Positions 25,623-37,766 of a stretch of 64,000 bases of DNA are shown here, piece after piece. Location: assembly GCA_010093815.1 (NCBI GenBank), contig ML996565.1; one strand, written 5' to 3'. A model generated the notes under the pieces. The model did no database searches, was not told where the DNA came from, and worked only from the letters and a program-made list of their open reading frames with translations. Each line of letters opens with the position of its first letter. Positions within the stretch are counted from its first letter, which is position 1. The position numbers and the translations under genes were made by a program. The stretch comes from Pseudovirgaria hyperparasitica (Eukaryota).

Positions 25623-26900
25623 ATGGTCTCCTCAGTGATCCCTGAATCAATATCCATTATCGGCGCCAGCGTGGGCGGACTCACGCTTGGTATCGTCCTC
25701 AAGAAATATGGCATTCAACCAAGGATCTTCGAATCACGAGAGCCAGGCTACGATTTCGGTGGTGCCGTCTCGCTTACTCCCAGCACTTTACGTATCATCG
25801 ACTCCATTGGTGCATACTCTCGCATCAAACCTCAAGGCTTCAGTTTCGAGGCCATGACATTCTTGACGGATCCTGAGCGCGAGACTACTGGTAAATTCTA
25901 CTTTGGACACAAAGACGTGTACGGGTACGATGGTCTGCGCATCACGAGGAAGGCGTTGCTCCACGAATTGACGGAAATGGCAAACGATGCTGGCGTCGAA
26001 ATCAACTATGGAAAAAAGTTTACCAAGATTGTCAATGAAACGACCGATGGTGTCATATTCGAATTCGCAGATGGGAGTCAGGAGAAAGCTCAAATGTTAA
26101 TTGGCTCCGACGGCATCCATTCGAAAGTCAGATCATGTATCTTCCCAGACATCCATCCACATTACTCTGGGTTTATAGGCCTGACGTACTGCTTCCCCCG
26201 CGATAATGTACGCATCGATGAGGGTTTCCCACTCCCAGTATCTTTGCGTGGGAGCCAAGGTGATGGCGCTATCATGCTACAACCTCAAACAGAAGGTGGA
26301 AAAGAGATTTTTGTAGGACGGCAGTTCAAGTTCGAAGAAAAAGATCGCTCAGGATGGGACAGTCTCTTGCAGGAAAAAAAAACTTTGATTGCAACCCTTC
26401 AGCGAGATTCTGCCGCATGGACACCACTTATCCAGAACGTGCTAGCACAAGCGAGCACTCCAGAGGCACATTTTCTGAACGTCTGGCCATTTTATACTGT
26501 TCCAAAAATGGAGAGATGGCATTCGTCAGCTGGAAAAGTGCTTATTATTGGAGATGCAGCACATGCTATACCACCTTCAGCAGGACAAGGCGCAAACCAA
26601 GCCTTTGAAGATGGTTACAGCCTCGCAATATTCCTAGCAAGTCTAAAGAATGTCCGCGTAAGCTTGTTGGATGCGTTGAAGACTTGGGAAGCCTATAGGA
26701 TGAAGAGAGTTGATGATGTATTGAAAATAACTAATCGACTTCTCACAATAAGGATGACAGAGGAGGAACTGGCGAGTGTTCCAAAGCACATGCAGTGGGA
26801 ACTCGATGGCAGTGAAGCGGGCAAGTCGCAGCTAGGGTGGCTATACCTTGCAGATATCGATCGCGATATCAAGAGTCTAGTAGAAAGTCTGCATATGTAA
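25623..26900 (+). CDS. FAD-dependent monooxygenase (class A, salicylate hydroxylase/KMO-like)
   Basis: IIGASVGGL, LIGSDGIHSKVR and IIGDAAHAIPPSAGQGANQAFEDG fingerprints. Confidence 0.92.
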   Translation: MVSSVIPESISIIGASVGGLTLGIVLKKYGIQPRIFESREPGYDFGGAVSLTPSTLRIIDSIGAYSRIKPQGFSFEAMTFLTDPERETTGKFYFGHKDVYGYDGLRITRKALLHELTEMANDAGVEINYGKKFTKIVNETTDGVIFEFADGSQEKAQMLIGSDGIHSKVRSCIFPDIHPHYSGFIGLTYCFPRDNVRIDEGFPLPVSLRGSQGDGAIMLQPQTEGGKEIFVGRQFKFEEKDRSGWDSLLQEKKTLIATLQRDSAAWTPLIQNVLAQASTPEAHFLNVWPFYTVPKMERWHSSAGKVLIIGDAAHAIPPSAGQGANQAFEDGYSLAIFLASLKNVRVSLLDALKTWEAYRMKRVDDVLKITNRLLTIRMTEEELASVPKHMQWELDGSEAGKSQLGWLYLADIDRDIKSLVESLHM

Positions 26901-27235
26901 TAGTGACCGGGCAATGTATAGGTTATCATAACAGACAGGGTCATTCGGAAACATAGGTATCCATGCACTTCTCCAGTACCTCTCAATAACCCAAGAGGAT
27001 TGCTTCCTCAGTCTTACAAACTTCGCATTCAACAGCATGGTTACGTTTCTCTTCAAACTTTTATGACAGGAAGATCCCATCAGGATATATAGTATGGGGA
27101 TTGCATTATAAATGATTGTGTATATACGTCAAAGGAATGACACTGTGGAAAGTATATGCGCATGCTTACATACATTCCAATACCCAGCCTGGGTCGACAG
27201 ATGTGCATGAGAATTTGAGAGAAGCATTTCGTACC

Positions 27236-28309
27236 TTAGAAGCCTAGAACATCCTTAAGGAACGCTAGCTGTCCGGTCAGAAGCTCATCAATGTCAACGC
27301 TCAAAAAGTTTGCGTGACCCCTATCTTTGACAATTTGGAATCTTTTCTGTGGTGATTGCAAACTGTCGTATATGCTCTTCTGATACTCAGGAGGCACAAT
27401 CTCATCATTCTCAGGTGTCAAAATCATGACCGGGGTGGGGCTGACAGATGCAAATAGGTGTATGGGCTTCCACTTCGCATGGCGATAGAAGCTCTGAATT
27501 GTGAGACTGTCTCTGAAGGTCGAGGCAGCCTTCTTGGCTCCGACGATCCAGTTGGGAAGGTGAGCCTGTTGCTCAGGCGTCATTTTGGCTAGGTAATTGA
27601 AGAGCAGGAAGTGCTCGCCCTTTTCATTGAGAAGGGGCATATACGCCGGCGGTTCGCCTCGAAGCTGGTTTGCTCGGTCCTCAACTGCTCGGGCAACGAG
27701 GTCCTCCTGATCCTTAGGATCCAGGTACCACTCAGGCATGAGGCCTTGCGCTATGACAGCTTTTATGCGCCTATCGAATGCTGCAGCCTCAAGTGCTATT
27801 CCAGAACTGTAGAAGAATCCCCATACGGCTATGCGGTTTGGGTCAACCCAGCCGTCGTTCTGCAAAAACTGTTTTCTATTGTTTAGTGTATTGTTTATAG
27901 AGCAACCGAAGTCGCATTGATAGGTAGATACATACCGTGACGGCGTCAGAGTTGTCTTCGGCCATCTTTTGTGGGTCCAAATCGGTTCGGGGCATGCCAT
28001 CGCTCGCGCCAATAGAACGAGCATCGTAAACAAGAGCTGTCAGCCCATGACGTCCGAACCAAGCCGCTATATTAGCCACGAAGATTTCTCTTGGGCACAT
28101 AAACTATTGTATAGAATATGACTAGGTAAGCAAAAGTACCAACTAATATTCTTGATAGATTATGAGGCGTTTGTCCATCAAGGAAAACTTACAGCACCGT
28201 TAACAATCACTGCAGGACCGCCCTTGGGGCCCACGAACAGCCAACCACGCAAAGTCAAGCCATCGAAGGTCTTGAACTCGACATCTCTGCGTTCTTGCTC
28301 TGCAGCCAT
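27236..28309 (-). CDS. Alpha/beta hydrolase 2, same thiohydrolase family, Phe at the nucleophile position, 305 aa
   Basis: Exons 28309-28193, 28103-27936 and 27868-27236: VEFKTFDGLTLRGWLF, SIGASDGMPR, IAVWGFFYSSG, SPTPVMILTPENDE, DRGH. Confidence 0.85.
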
Positions 28310-28490
28310 GATGATATAGGATTCAGAAAAGCTTAGTCTCGTGTCGAGTACTTCAGTAGAAGAGCAATGTGCGCCACCCTGCCAGGAGAAAACCTAGTCG
28401 TTAGGCTTCGAGAACTCAGTCGAGATTGCCGATCGAGCTTTCTAAGAAAGACAAAGAACTTCGACGTTAGATTAATGTTATTATTGTTCT

Positions 28491-28625
28491 GAGTCGGTAG
28501 AGGAACAGTCCTCCGAAAGGATCGGAGTATCGGAGCTAGGTCGAGTCTCCAGGGGCACAGGAGACCGGTGGGTCGCTTACTTTTCCGGTCCGGTCCGGTC
28601 CGGCGCTATCTGGACGACCGTACCG
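28491..28625. promoter_or_regulatory. CGG-rich divergent promoter of hydrolase 2 and the PKS
   Basis: GAGTCGGTAG (28491; reverse complement of 23949-23958), ATCGGAG x2, (CCGGT) tandem at 28585-28603 and CGACCG at 28615. Confidence 0.45.
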
Positions 28626-28912
28626 GTTCCTGCCCGACGTGATACTACAGCTCCGAAAGCGTTCGCTGTGTCTGAGGCTCGGATAGCGCATTATCTCACC
28701 TCTTCAAAACTGAATAAATATGTCCAACAACGACCTGCACGGTATCTCTGACGCGGCTTGCATTCCCACATCACTACTTCGTATGCCCAGCCACCGTCAC
28801 GTCCAAAACACACAAAGCGTGAAGCCTCCATGATATTGAGCTGCTATACTCTCAGATCGATTCAGCCAACCACTTTTCATAGTTCAATTGATCCTGCAGC
28901 ACAATATTAATC

Positions 28913-31900
28913 ATGGGCAGCTATCCTCAGTCTAACGATGGCCCACTTCGAGAGCCCATTGCAATCGTGGGAAGCTCTTGTCGCTTCCCAGGTGGTGCTA
29001 CTTCCCCATCAAAGCTATGGGATCTCCTCTCAGATCCCCGAGATCTTGTGCAAGAGATTCCCGCCAGTCGCTTTGATCCGAAGGTTTTCTATCATGAAAA
29101 CAGTCAGCACCATGGAGTATGTCCCGTTGGCTATCTCAAGAAACATATCTGAGTTCATTGGCTAACTGGTGTAACAACAGAGTATGAACACAAAATATGC
29201 TTATATTTTACAAGATGAACCGCGACTTTTCGACCGCGATTTCTTTAACATCAGCCCAAAGGAGGCTGAAGCGATGGATCCACAGCAGCGATGTCTTCTG
29301 GAGACTGTCTACGAGGGAGTGGAGTCGGCAGGTTACTCCATCCCTCAGCTCCAAGGGTCTTCTACTGGTGTCTTCGTCGGAGCAACATGCTTCGACTACC
29401 AGTCCATTGCAATGCGTGGCCTCGATAGCCTGCCGCAGTACTACGCCACTGGCGGGTCCATGGCGATCCTAGCCAACCGTCTATCGTACTTTTTTGACTG
29501 GAGAGGTCCGTCACTTGCCTGCGATACTGCTTGTTCGTCATCACTCGTGGCGCTGCACCAGGCAGTGCTTTCTCTTCGAAGCGGGGAAATCAACATGGCT
29601 GTTGCAGCGGGGGCAAACCTCATCCTCGGGCCAGAACTTTTTATCGCTTATTCGAATGTATGTTGTGCCATTAATGAGCATTCTTGGGCAGTCTCAGCTA
29701 ACATATGACATGATAGTTAAATATGTTGTCTCCCAATGGTCGATCCTACATGTGGGATTCATCTGCCGACGGATACGTACGAGGAGAGGGGTTCGCCTCT
29801 GTCATTCTCAAGACCCTTAGCCAAGCTGTTGCTGATGGTGACCACATTGAGTGTATTATCCGTGAAACCGGTGTAAACTCTGATGGTCGAACTCCAGGTT
29901 TGTAAGCCACGCTGTTCATAATGACGGTTGAATTAACCGTCATATAGGTATCACAATGCCAAGTGCAGAGGCGCAGTCCCAACTTATTCGAGACACATAT
30001 AAGAGATGTGGGCTGGATCCGGTGCGTAATCGTCCTCATTATTTTGAGGCTCACGGCACTGGTACTCCAGCAGGCGATCGTAAGTATACGATCATCACAA
30101 CAAAGGGATCTCGATGCTAAATTCCACCAGCTATTGAGGCACGTGCCATACATGATACTTTTTTCCCAGGACATCCAGGCCAGAATGACGGTCACCTCTT
30201 TGTAGGCTCATTGAAGACCATCATCGGACATACAGAGGGCACTGCTGGCCTCGCTGGAGTACTCAAAGCATCGTTGGCTGTTCAACACGGCCAGATCCCG
30301 GGCAACCTTCATTTCAAAGAGCTGAACCCGAAGATCCAGCCATTTTATAAGCATCTAAGGGTTCCAACAGGATTGACTTCGTGGCCCACTCTGCCCAAAG
30401 GGGAGCCACGCCGTGTAAGTGTCAACAGTGTAAGTCTTGACCTGCATCCAAATCGCAATTGAATCCTAATCTGAGGCAGTTCGGCTTTGGCGGAACCAAC
30501 GCCCACGCTATCATTGAGAGCTGGGATGGAGCATACGACCGCTATGCATCCTTGTCGAATCCGGGCGGACTTGTTGTCCTGTCTGCCAACTCGGCTCAAG
30601 CACTTGCAGCTAAAGCTACGACGCTGGCCGAATACCTACGGAAACATCCTGCTACAGATCTTGGGCGACTAGCCCGGACCCTATTCCAGAGAGGAGACTT
30701 CCTCTTCCGAGCCTCATTTGCCGCTGTATCTGCTGAGCAGCTTGCCGGAAAGCTTGAATCGCGCGCAGAGGCGCTCAAGAAGACTGCACGGATTCCAGCC
30801 ATTCCAAAGTCCCTACCGCCTCGTATCCTTGGTGTCTTTACAGGTCAAGGTGCCCAGTGGGCCACCATGGGCAAAGAACTCTACGAAGCATCATCTGTGT
30901 TCAGGAAGACGTTGGACCAGCTACAGAACAGTCTCGATACACTCCCTGAGAGCGATCGACCAAACTGGAAGCTAATCGACGAACTCTCTGCTCCAAGGGA
31001 AACATCCCGCGTTGGTGTAGCTGCCATCTCGCAGCCGATCTGCACAGCCCTTCAAGTCGCTCTAGTAGACGTTATCCGCGCAGCTGGAGTTGACTTTGCG
31101 GCCGTTGTCGGACACTCAAGTGGAGAAATAGCTGCATCGTATTGTGCAGGCTATCTTGACGCTCGGGATGCTATACGCGTTGCATATTACAGAGGTTTCC
31201 ATTCTAATCTAGCCCAATGCGATGGCAAGCGTGGCAAGATGATGGCCGTGGGCATGGGCTTGGACGCCGCGTTAGCATTCTGTGCTGAATTTGGCACAAA
31301 CCTCAAGGTAGCAGCCAATAACTCCACCACTAGCTGTACGCTGGCTGGTGATGCCAACTTGATTGACGAGGCCAAGGCTCAATTGGACGAGGACAAAGTC
31401 TTCGCCCGTGTCTTGGCAGTGGACACAGCATATCACTCTCATCACATGTTGCCATGCGCGGGTCCTTACCTTGAGTCGTTACGACAATGTGGAGTCAAAA
31501 CTCTGAAAGGCCCCAGAAAGTGCGAGTGGTATTCTAGTGTTTGGGGATCAAATGGCCGTAGTCGTTCTTTCAACGACGAGAAGGGCATGGAACTGCTCGA
31601 AGGCCAGTACTGGGTCGATAACTTGACCAACACGGTCCTGTTCTCCCAGGCAGTGAACCGAGCTGTGTCTGAAGAATCCTCAGTGTTGGACTTGGCACTA
31701 GAGGTAGGCCCGCATCCAGCTCTCAAGGGGCCAAGTTCCGAAGTGATCAAGTCTTTGACCGGCCTGAACCTTCCTTACAGCGGTGTCCTCAAACGCGGAG
31801 AAAGTGCTGTTGAAGCTTTTACCGATAGCTTAGGACTTATATGGTCCTCTTTCCCCTCGTCGCGTCCTCTCATCACTTTTGATGGCATATTACGGGCCTT

Positions 31901-34900
31901 GCCGCTGGCTAGTCCTAAGAAACCCAGCATTCTCAAGGGCCTACCAACCTATCCTTGGGATCATGATACCCTTAATTGGCGGGAGTCGAGAGCATCGCGT
32001 CTCTTCCGTGGTGGTCAGCCGCCCCACGAGCTGCTCGGTCGACCAACGATACTTGGTGAACAAGCTAGGCGAGAGGTCTATTGGCGCCAGGTTTTCAAAC
32101 TGAACGAGCTCCCATGGGTACGAGGCCATACCATACAAGGCGAAGTCCTCTTCCCAGCAACTGGATACTTGACAATGGCGTACGAGGCAGCAGTGCGTCT
32201 CGTCGATGACCAGGAGTCAATCCGTCTTGTTGAGCTCCATGATATCGAGATCGTGCGAACCATGGGCATGCAGGAAGACTCGTCAGGCCTGGAGGTTCTA
32301 TTCACTGTCCGCGTGACGGGTCAGACCGACAGCTGCATTACTGCCGAAGTGGCCTGTTACAGCGGCGACATTACCACGGCCAAGTTGGACGGCCCTGTGA
32401 GCTCGCTCACCGCACATTTCAGTGGTGGTGTGCGGCTTTTGCTGGGTCCAGCCCAGAGCGGCGACCTTCCCACCCGGAAGAAGCCTCTACTCCCAATGAA
32501 CACTTTGGATATGGACCAATTCTACGGTTATCTGTCGAAAGTGGGCTACAACTATTCCGACTCTTTCAAAGCGCACTCGGTTGATCGTCACCTCAACCAT
32601 GCCGTGGTATCTGTCTCGACACCTGCTGAATCTGCCTCAACATGTCCCTCAATGCACCCTGCAGTTCTCGACACCGCTATCCAAGGCCTCCTGGCCGCTT
32701 TTTCATACCCAGAAGACGGAAGGCTTGGGACAGTGTATCTCCCTACGGGCATTGATAGTGTCCGCATCAAAGTGGCATCTGACTCTCCCGACGTCTTGAT
32801 GGCAGACAGCGCTTTGACTTCCTCAGGGGAGAAGGGGCTCACGGGTGAAGTAGACCTTTTCAACGCAAGCGATTCAACTGTCCAAGTCCAAATGCGAGGA
32901 GTGAGCTGGACCGCCCTAAATCAAGGCCGGGAGCGCTGGCTATATGCAAGCGAGGAATGGGTACGAGACGCATCTCACGGCATCGAGCCTACCCTGAAGA
33001 CCAAGTTCTCTCCCGAAGATGAAGTGTTGCGGAAGCTCCTGGTACGAGTAGCGCATTTCTACTTACGCGCCCTTCGCAGCCAGATAAAGCCTTCAGAACT
33101 GATCGTTATGGGCAAACATCGTCGTCACATGATGAGATGGGTCCGTGAGCACCTGTTTCCCCAGATCGAGGCAGGCAAGGTGCCCGATATTGAGCCTGAG
33201 TGGGCGAATGATACGCTTGAAGAAGTGCAGCAATGGAGCGCTCCCTATATTGAAGCAGGAAACAACGACATGCTCATCCTGCACGCTGTAGGCAAAAACT
33301 TGCCTGCTATTGCTCGCGGAACTATGCCTGCCCTCCAGGTTATGCTTAAGGACGGCATGCTCGACCGTTTGTATGTGGAGGGAGTCGGTTTTGCCGACGG
33401 TAACCTTGATCTCGGGCCGTTGGTCAAGCAAGTTGCGCATCGATATCCCCGGATGAAGGTCCTCGAGGTCGGAGCTGGAACGGGTGGTACCACTCGCAGT
33501 GTACTTGAGTCTGTCGGCGACCATTATGGATCATACACGTACACTGACATCTCAGCCGGCTTCTTTGAGCCGGCAAAGGCAAAGTTTAGCGAGCACACAA
33601 GCAAATTGACGTTCAAGATGCTGAACATTGAGAAAGATCCGATAGAGCAAGGGTTCGTTGAAGGCTCATATGACATGGTCGTAGCCTCCAACGCGCTGCA
33701 TGCGACTCGATGCTTGAAAGATACGCTCAGCCACTGTCGCCAGCTGCTTCGACCTGGCGGATACTTGGTATTGCTAGAGATCACGACCAACCATCTGCCA
33801 ATTCAACTCATCATGGGCACGCTTCCTGGATGGTTCCTGGGCGCTGACGAAGGCCGCGTCTGGGTGCCTACGCTTAGTCTTGAGGAATGGGACAAGATAC
33901 TCAAAGAGACTGGATTCTCAGGTGTTGACACAAGCTCAACACCGTCCTTCTGTTCCGTCATCATGTCTCGGGCAACTACCGAGACCTTCGAAGCCATTCG
34001 AGAGCCACTATTAACTGCACCGCGCCCAGCAGCCCAGCCACTGGGTCCTGTTCTTATTGTCAGCAATGCGGCGTCAGAACTTGCATCCGGGTCACAAGCC
34101 CTCCTCACTTCCATCGAGGGTGTTACTCAATGCGATATTACAGGCCTCGAGGACATCAAGTGCCCCGTCGGAGCAGTAGTGTTGTGCCTCTCTGACCTGG
34201 ATAGTCCAGTCTTCGAGGAAATGACTGAAGCGAGATTCGAAGCTATGCAGACAGTCTTCCGCAATGCCAGCGTCGTTTTGTGGGTGACGTCAGGGGCAAC
34301 CTCGGGCAAGAACCCGCTGGCCAATGTGACAGTAGGATTGGGACGTACACTGCTGGCCGAACGTAGTGACTTGCAGCTTCAGTTCCTCGACGTTGATGAT
34401 CCAACATCTCTGGAGCCGTCTCTACTGGCGAAGCTTCTGCTCAGACTCACCGGAACAGATCAAGCTGATCTAAGCGAGATGCTCTGGACCCAAGAGCCTC
34501 TTCTTGCACTTAAAGATGGCGCGTTCTATATTCCCAGGGTTTTGCCTCTACAAGTTACCAGTCGTCAGTCTACAACGGAGCCATCCGTCGAAGTGGCAAC
34601 ACAAGATTCGGTAGAGAACGTCGTCACCGAAACCGGCCTTGATGAGCATAAAAGCACTTTCGCCGATAACAAGACCTACATCCTTTTTGGCATGACAGGA
34701 GATCTTGGAATCTCTATTGCTCGATGGATGGTGGAGAACGGTGCTCGAAACGTCGTGCTGACCAGCCGCCATCCCGATGTTCCGGAGGGAGTGTTCGAAT
34801 TTATGTCACAAAAGGGAGCCATACTGCGTGCCATATCAGCAGATGTTACGGACAAAGAAGGATTGAACAAGGTATACGCAGAGATCAAGTCGACTTTGCC

Positions 34901-36863
34901 ACCCATTGGAGGTATCATCAATGGCGCCATGGTACTCCGAGACCGCCCCTTTGTCGACACTACCTGGGACGACTTTGAGGCAGTACTTGCGCCAAAGGTT
35001 GCAGGGACTCGCAACCTTGATGAGCTCTTTGGTGAATCTGAGGCCCTGGACTTCTTCATTGTGCTTTCGTCTGCGACATCCATTGTGGGCAACATTGGAC
35101 AGTCAGCTTATAGTGCAGCAAACCATTATATGACAAGTCTCGTCAAACGTCGGCAGGGTCGTGGACTGGTTGGGTCAGTCGTAGTCATTGGCTTCCTGAC
35201 GGGCCTGGGCTACATCTTCCGTTCAGACAAGAAGCATCGCGCTGCCATTGAGAAGTCTCTCCTTCCACGGCTGGATCGACAAGCCGAGACAGATCTGCAC
35301 GATATGCTCATCAAGGCTATCGAGTGCGGACGACCAGAATCCAACCTACCATCCGAGCTCATCACTGGTATAAGGAAGAAGTTCACAGAAGCGTGGCACG
35401 AAGATGTGCGCCTATCAGGCTACCTCCTACAAGAAGGTGACAAGGAGGAAGGCGCCAGTCAGGAGCAAGCTGATGGGAATGTCAAAGTTGATATTCAGCT
35501 GGCTGCAACCAAGGATCCAAAGGAAGGTCTCGCAATCCTGATCAAGTGCTTCTCGCAAGCTCTGGGTAACATGCTCCAGCTCGATCCGGCCCAGATCAAC
35601 GCCGATATGCCTGTGGCTGAACATGGTGTTGACTCGCTCGTATCCGTTCGTATACGTGAGTGGTTCCTGAAAGAGCTCGGTGTTGACGTGCCGGTATTGA
35701 AACTCATGTCGACCAACCACACCATGTCGCGCGTATGCGAGGATGCCTTCGCAGGATGGCGAAAGCTTCGCTCAGGGTCTCAGGCAGAGTCCCAGACCGC
35801 TACCAAGACCCATGACGATCCAGAAATGGATTGGAAGAAGGAAGTAGCCGGGCTCATCGACGGCATTCCTGCCCTGGTCGCAGCTGGCGTTGACTCCGCC
35901 GACGTGCCTCGCACTAGCGCACGCCGCGTCGTCTTGACTGGATGCACAGGTTTCTTGGGTACGCACATACTTCGTAACCTCGTCGCAGACCCCAATACCG
36001 CAGAGGTGCACTGTCTCTGCCTTCGCTCGCGTCCTCTGCGCGTCAAGGACGCAAGGATCCACGAGTACAAGGGCGACCTAGTCAAACCGTTCCTGGGGCT
36101 GTCCGCGGCCGACTTCAAGCGCCTCAGCCAGACGGCCGACCTAATCATCCACGTCGGAGCCGACGTCGCGCATCTGAAATCGTACGAAATGATGCGAGCT
36201 GCCAATGTCATCTCGACGCAGACGCTGCTCGCGATGGCGACGCCACGCCACGTGCCCGTACACTTTGTGTCTTCGTCGTCCGTGGCAATGTTGCAGAAGG
36301 ATACAGCAGAGCTGTGGGAGGTGCCGCCGTCCAGCTTCTGGCCACCGTCGGATGCAGAGTCGCTAATGAAGAATGCGATTGGTTATGCAGCCAGCAAGTG
36401 GATGGGCGAGATCCTGCTGGAGCGTGCGGAGGGTGTTCCGGGCGTAGTCCATCGCTTCCCCAACATCATGGGGCCGGACGCACCCGAAGAGATCCCGCTA
36501 GTGGCCCTAGACCGCTACTGCATGAAGCTGCGGGCCGTCCCTGCGCTAGATCCCAAGCAGTGGGTCGGAGAGCTTGACGTCATCGAGGTTACTGACGTGG
36601 TGCCGGAACTCATGGCCACGGCGTATGCCCATGATCCCAGCAAGTCATTCGCAATTCACAACTACTGCAGCGAGAATAGATACTTGCTCTCGGATCTCGT
36701 GAGTATGTACAAGCAGAAGCTGGGTGGCACCGTTGAAGTCCTGCCGACACCTGAGTGGATGCGGAGGGCTAAGGACTTGGGCATGCCCAAGGGAGTGGAG
36801 GCTACTTGGACTGGGCACAATGAAGTGTTCATATCGCCTGTATTGCACAAAGGACAAAAATGA
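28913..36863 (+). CDS. Iterative highly reducing PKS, KS-AT-DH-MT-KR-ACP-R (ER domain absent), 2558 aa
   Basis: Exons 28913-29116, 29181-29657, 29717-29897, 29948-30079, 30131-30429 and 30480-36863. [89 protein letters not shown] domain [16 protein letters not shown]. Confidence 0.96.
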
Positions 36864-36874
36864 TTAGACATAGA

Positions 36875-36943
36875 GTATAGAGGCGACTGTAAATTGTATA
36901 GAGGCGACTATAAATTATATAAAGGCGACTGTAAATTGTATAG
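36875..36943. repeat. 21-bp minisatellite, about 3.3 copies, just 3' of the PKS stop
   Basis: GTATAGAGGCGACTGTAAATT / GTATAGAGGCGACTATAAATT / ATATAAAGGCGACTGTAAATT / GTATAG. Confidence 0.9.
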
Positions 36944-37766
36944 ATGACAGTAGAATATTAGAACGCTCTCTCCTCATTGCACTTCATTCCAACGTTGGAT
37001 TCTGTTAATAGGATTTACAAAATACGATAGAAAACAGAGATGTAATAATACTGTATAATACAGCTCTTTTCTTATCGACATGCTCGTTCATGGAAATCAT
37101 CTCTCTTTAGTATTCGCTAACAACCTACAGTTTCATAAAGAGTAGATGAAACTTTTTCCTTCTACATATTTAGAGATACAAAAACTTCATAACATAATAT
37201 ATTATGGGTTCTAAGACGATCGAAGACCTATAATATATAGAATATAGCATTACATTTCATGGTGATGCACGTTTGTATAGAAAGTAATCCAGATTGAGCT
37301 CCGGTGTTTATATATATATACATCATTTTATCCTAAGAGAGAAGTTATCCCAAAAGGCCTGAAGTCGCAGGTCGTCATGGCAACTAGAGCTATGAACGTG
37401 CAAATGCGGGGCACATGGATTCTAGCCAGACGAGTTCAAAAACCCTCACCCGACCTCAATCTCAATCGCATCACCTCGTCTGTCCACCAACCCATCGTCG
37501 AAGCACCTCCGAAAAATCAATAAAGCTTTCATATTTCAATTTCAATGCTAATGCTACAAAGTGAACTACCTTGCGAGGTCTACTTGAGTATATTAAGAAA
37601 AGCTAGCCATGAGCGGCACCCATTTTCCACCCCTCTAACACGCATTCTACGCTCTCCTCTACCCCAAACCCAATGCTAAAATCATCGTACACATGAAATG
37701 AACTTCCCGCCTCGATCAGTCAACAGCACCGCCCTTCTCGCCCCTATGTTGGGGGAAATAGCCATC

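Noticed and set aside
25650..25690. FMO motif GASVGG instead of GxGxxG as an inactivating change
   Set aside because: This variant occurs in class A flavoprotein monooxygenases, and the DG and GD motifs are intact.
35900..36863. GC-richer R-domain DNA as evidence of recent domain capture
   Set aside because: A visual impression only; other genes in the window also have GC-rich 3' parts.
36875..36943. CRISPR-like array (also considered for 53404-53508)
   Set aside because: Head-to-tail repeats without spacers, eukaryotic context and no cas genes.
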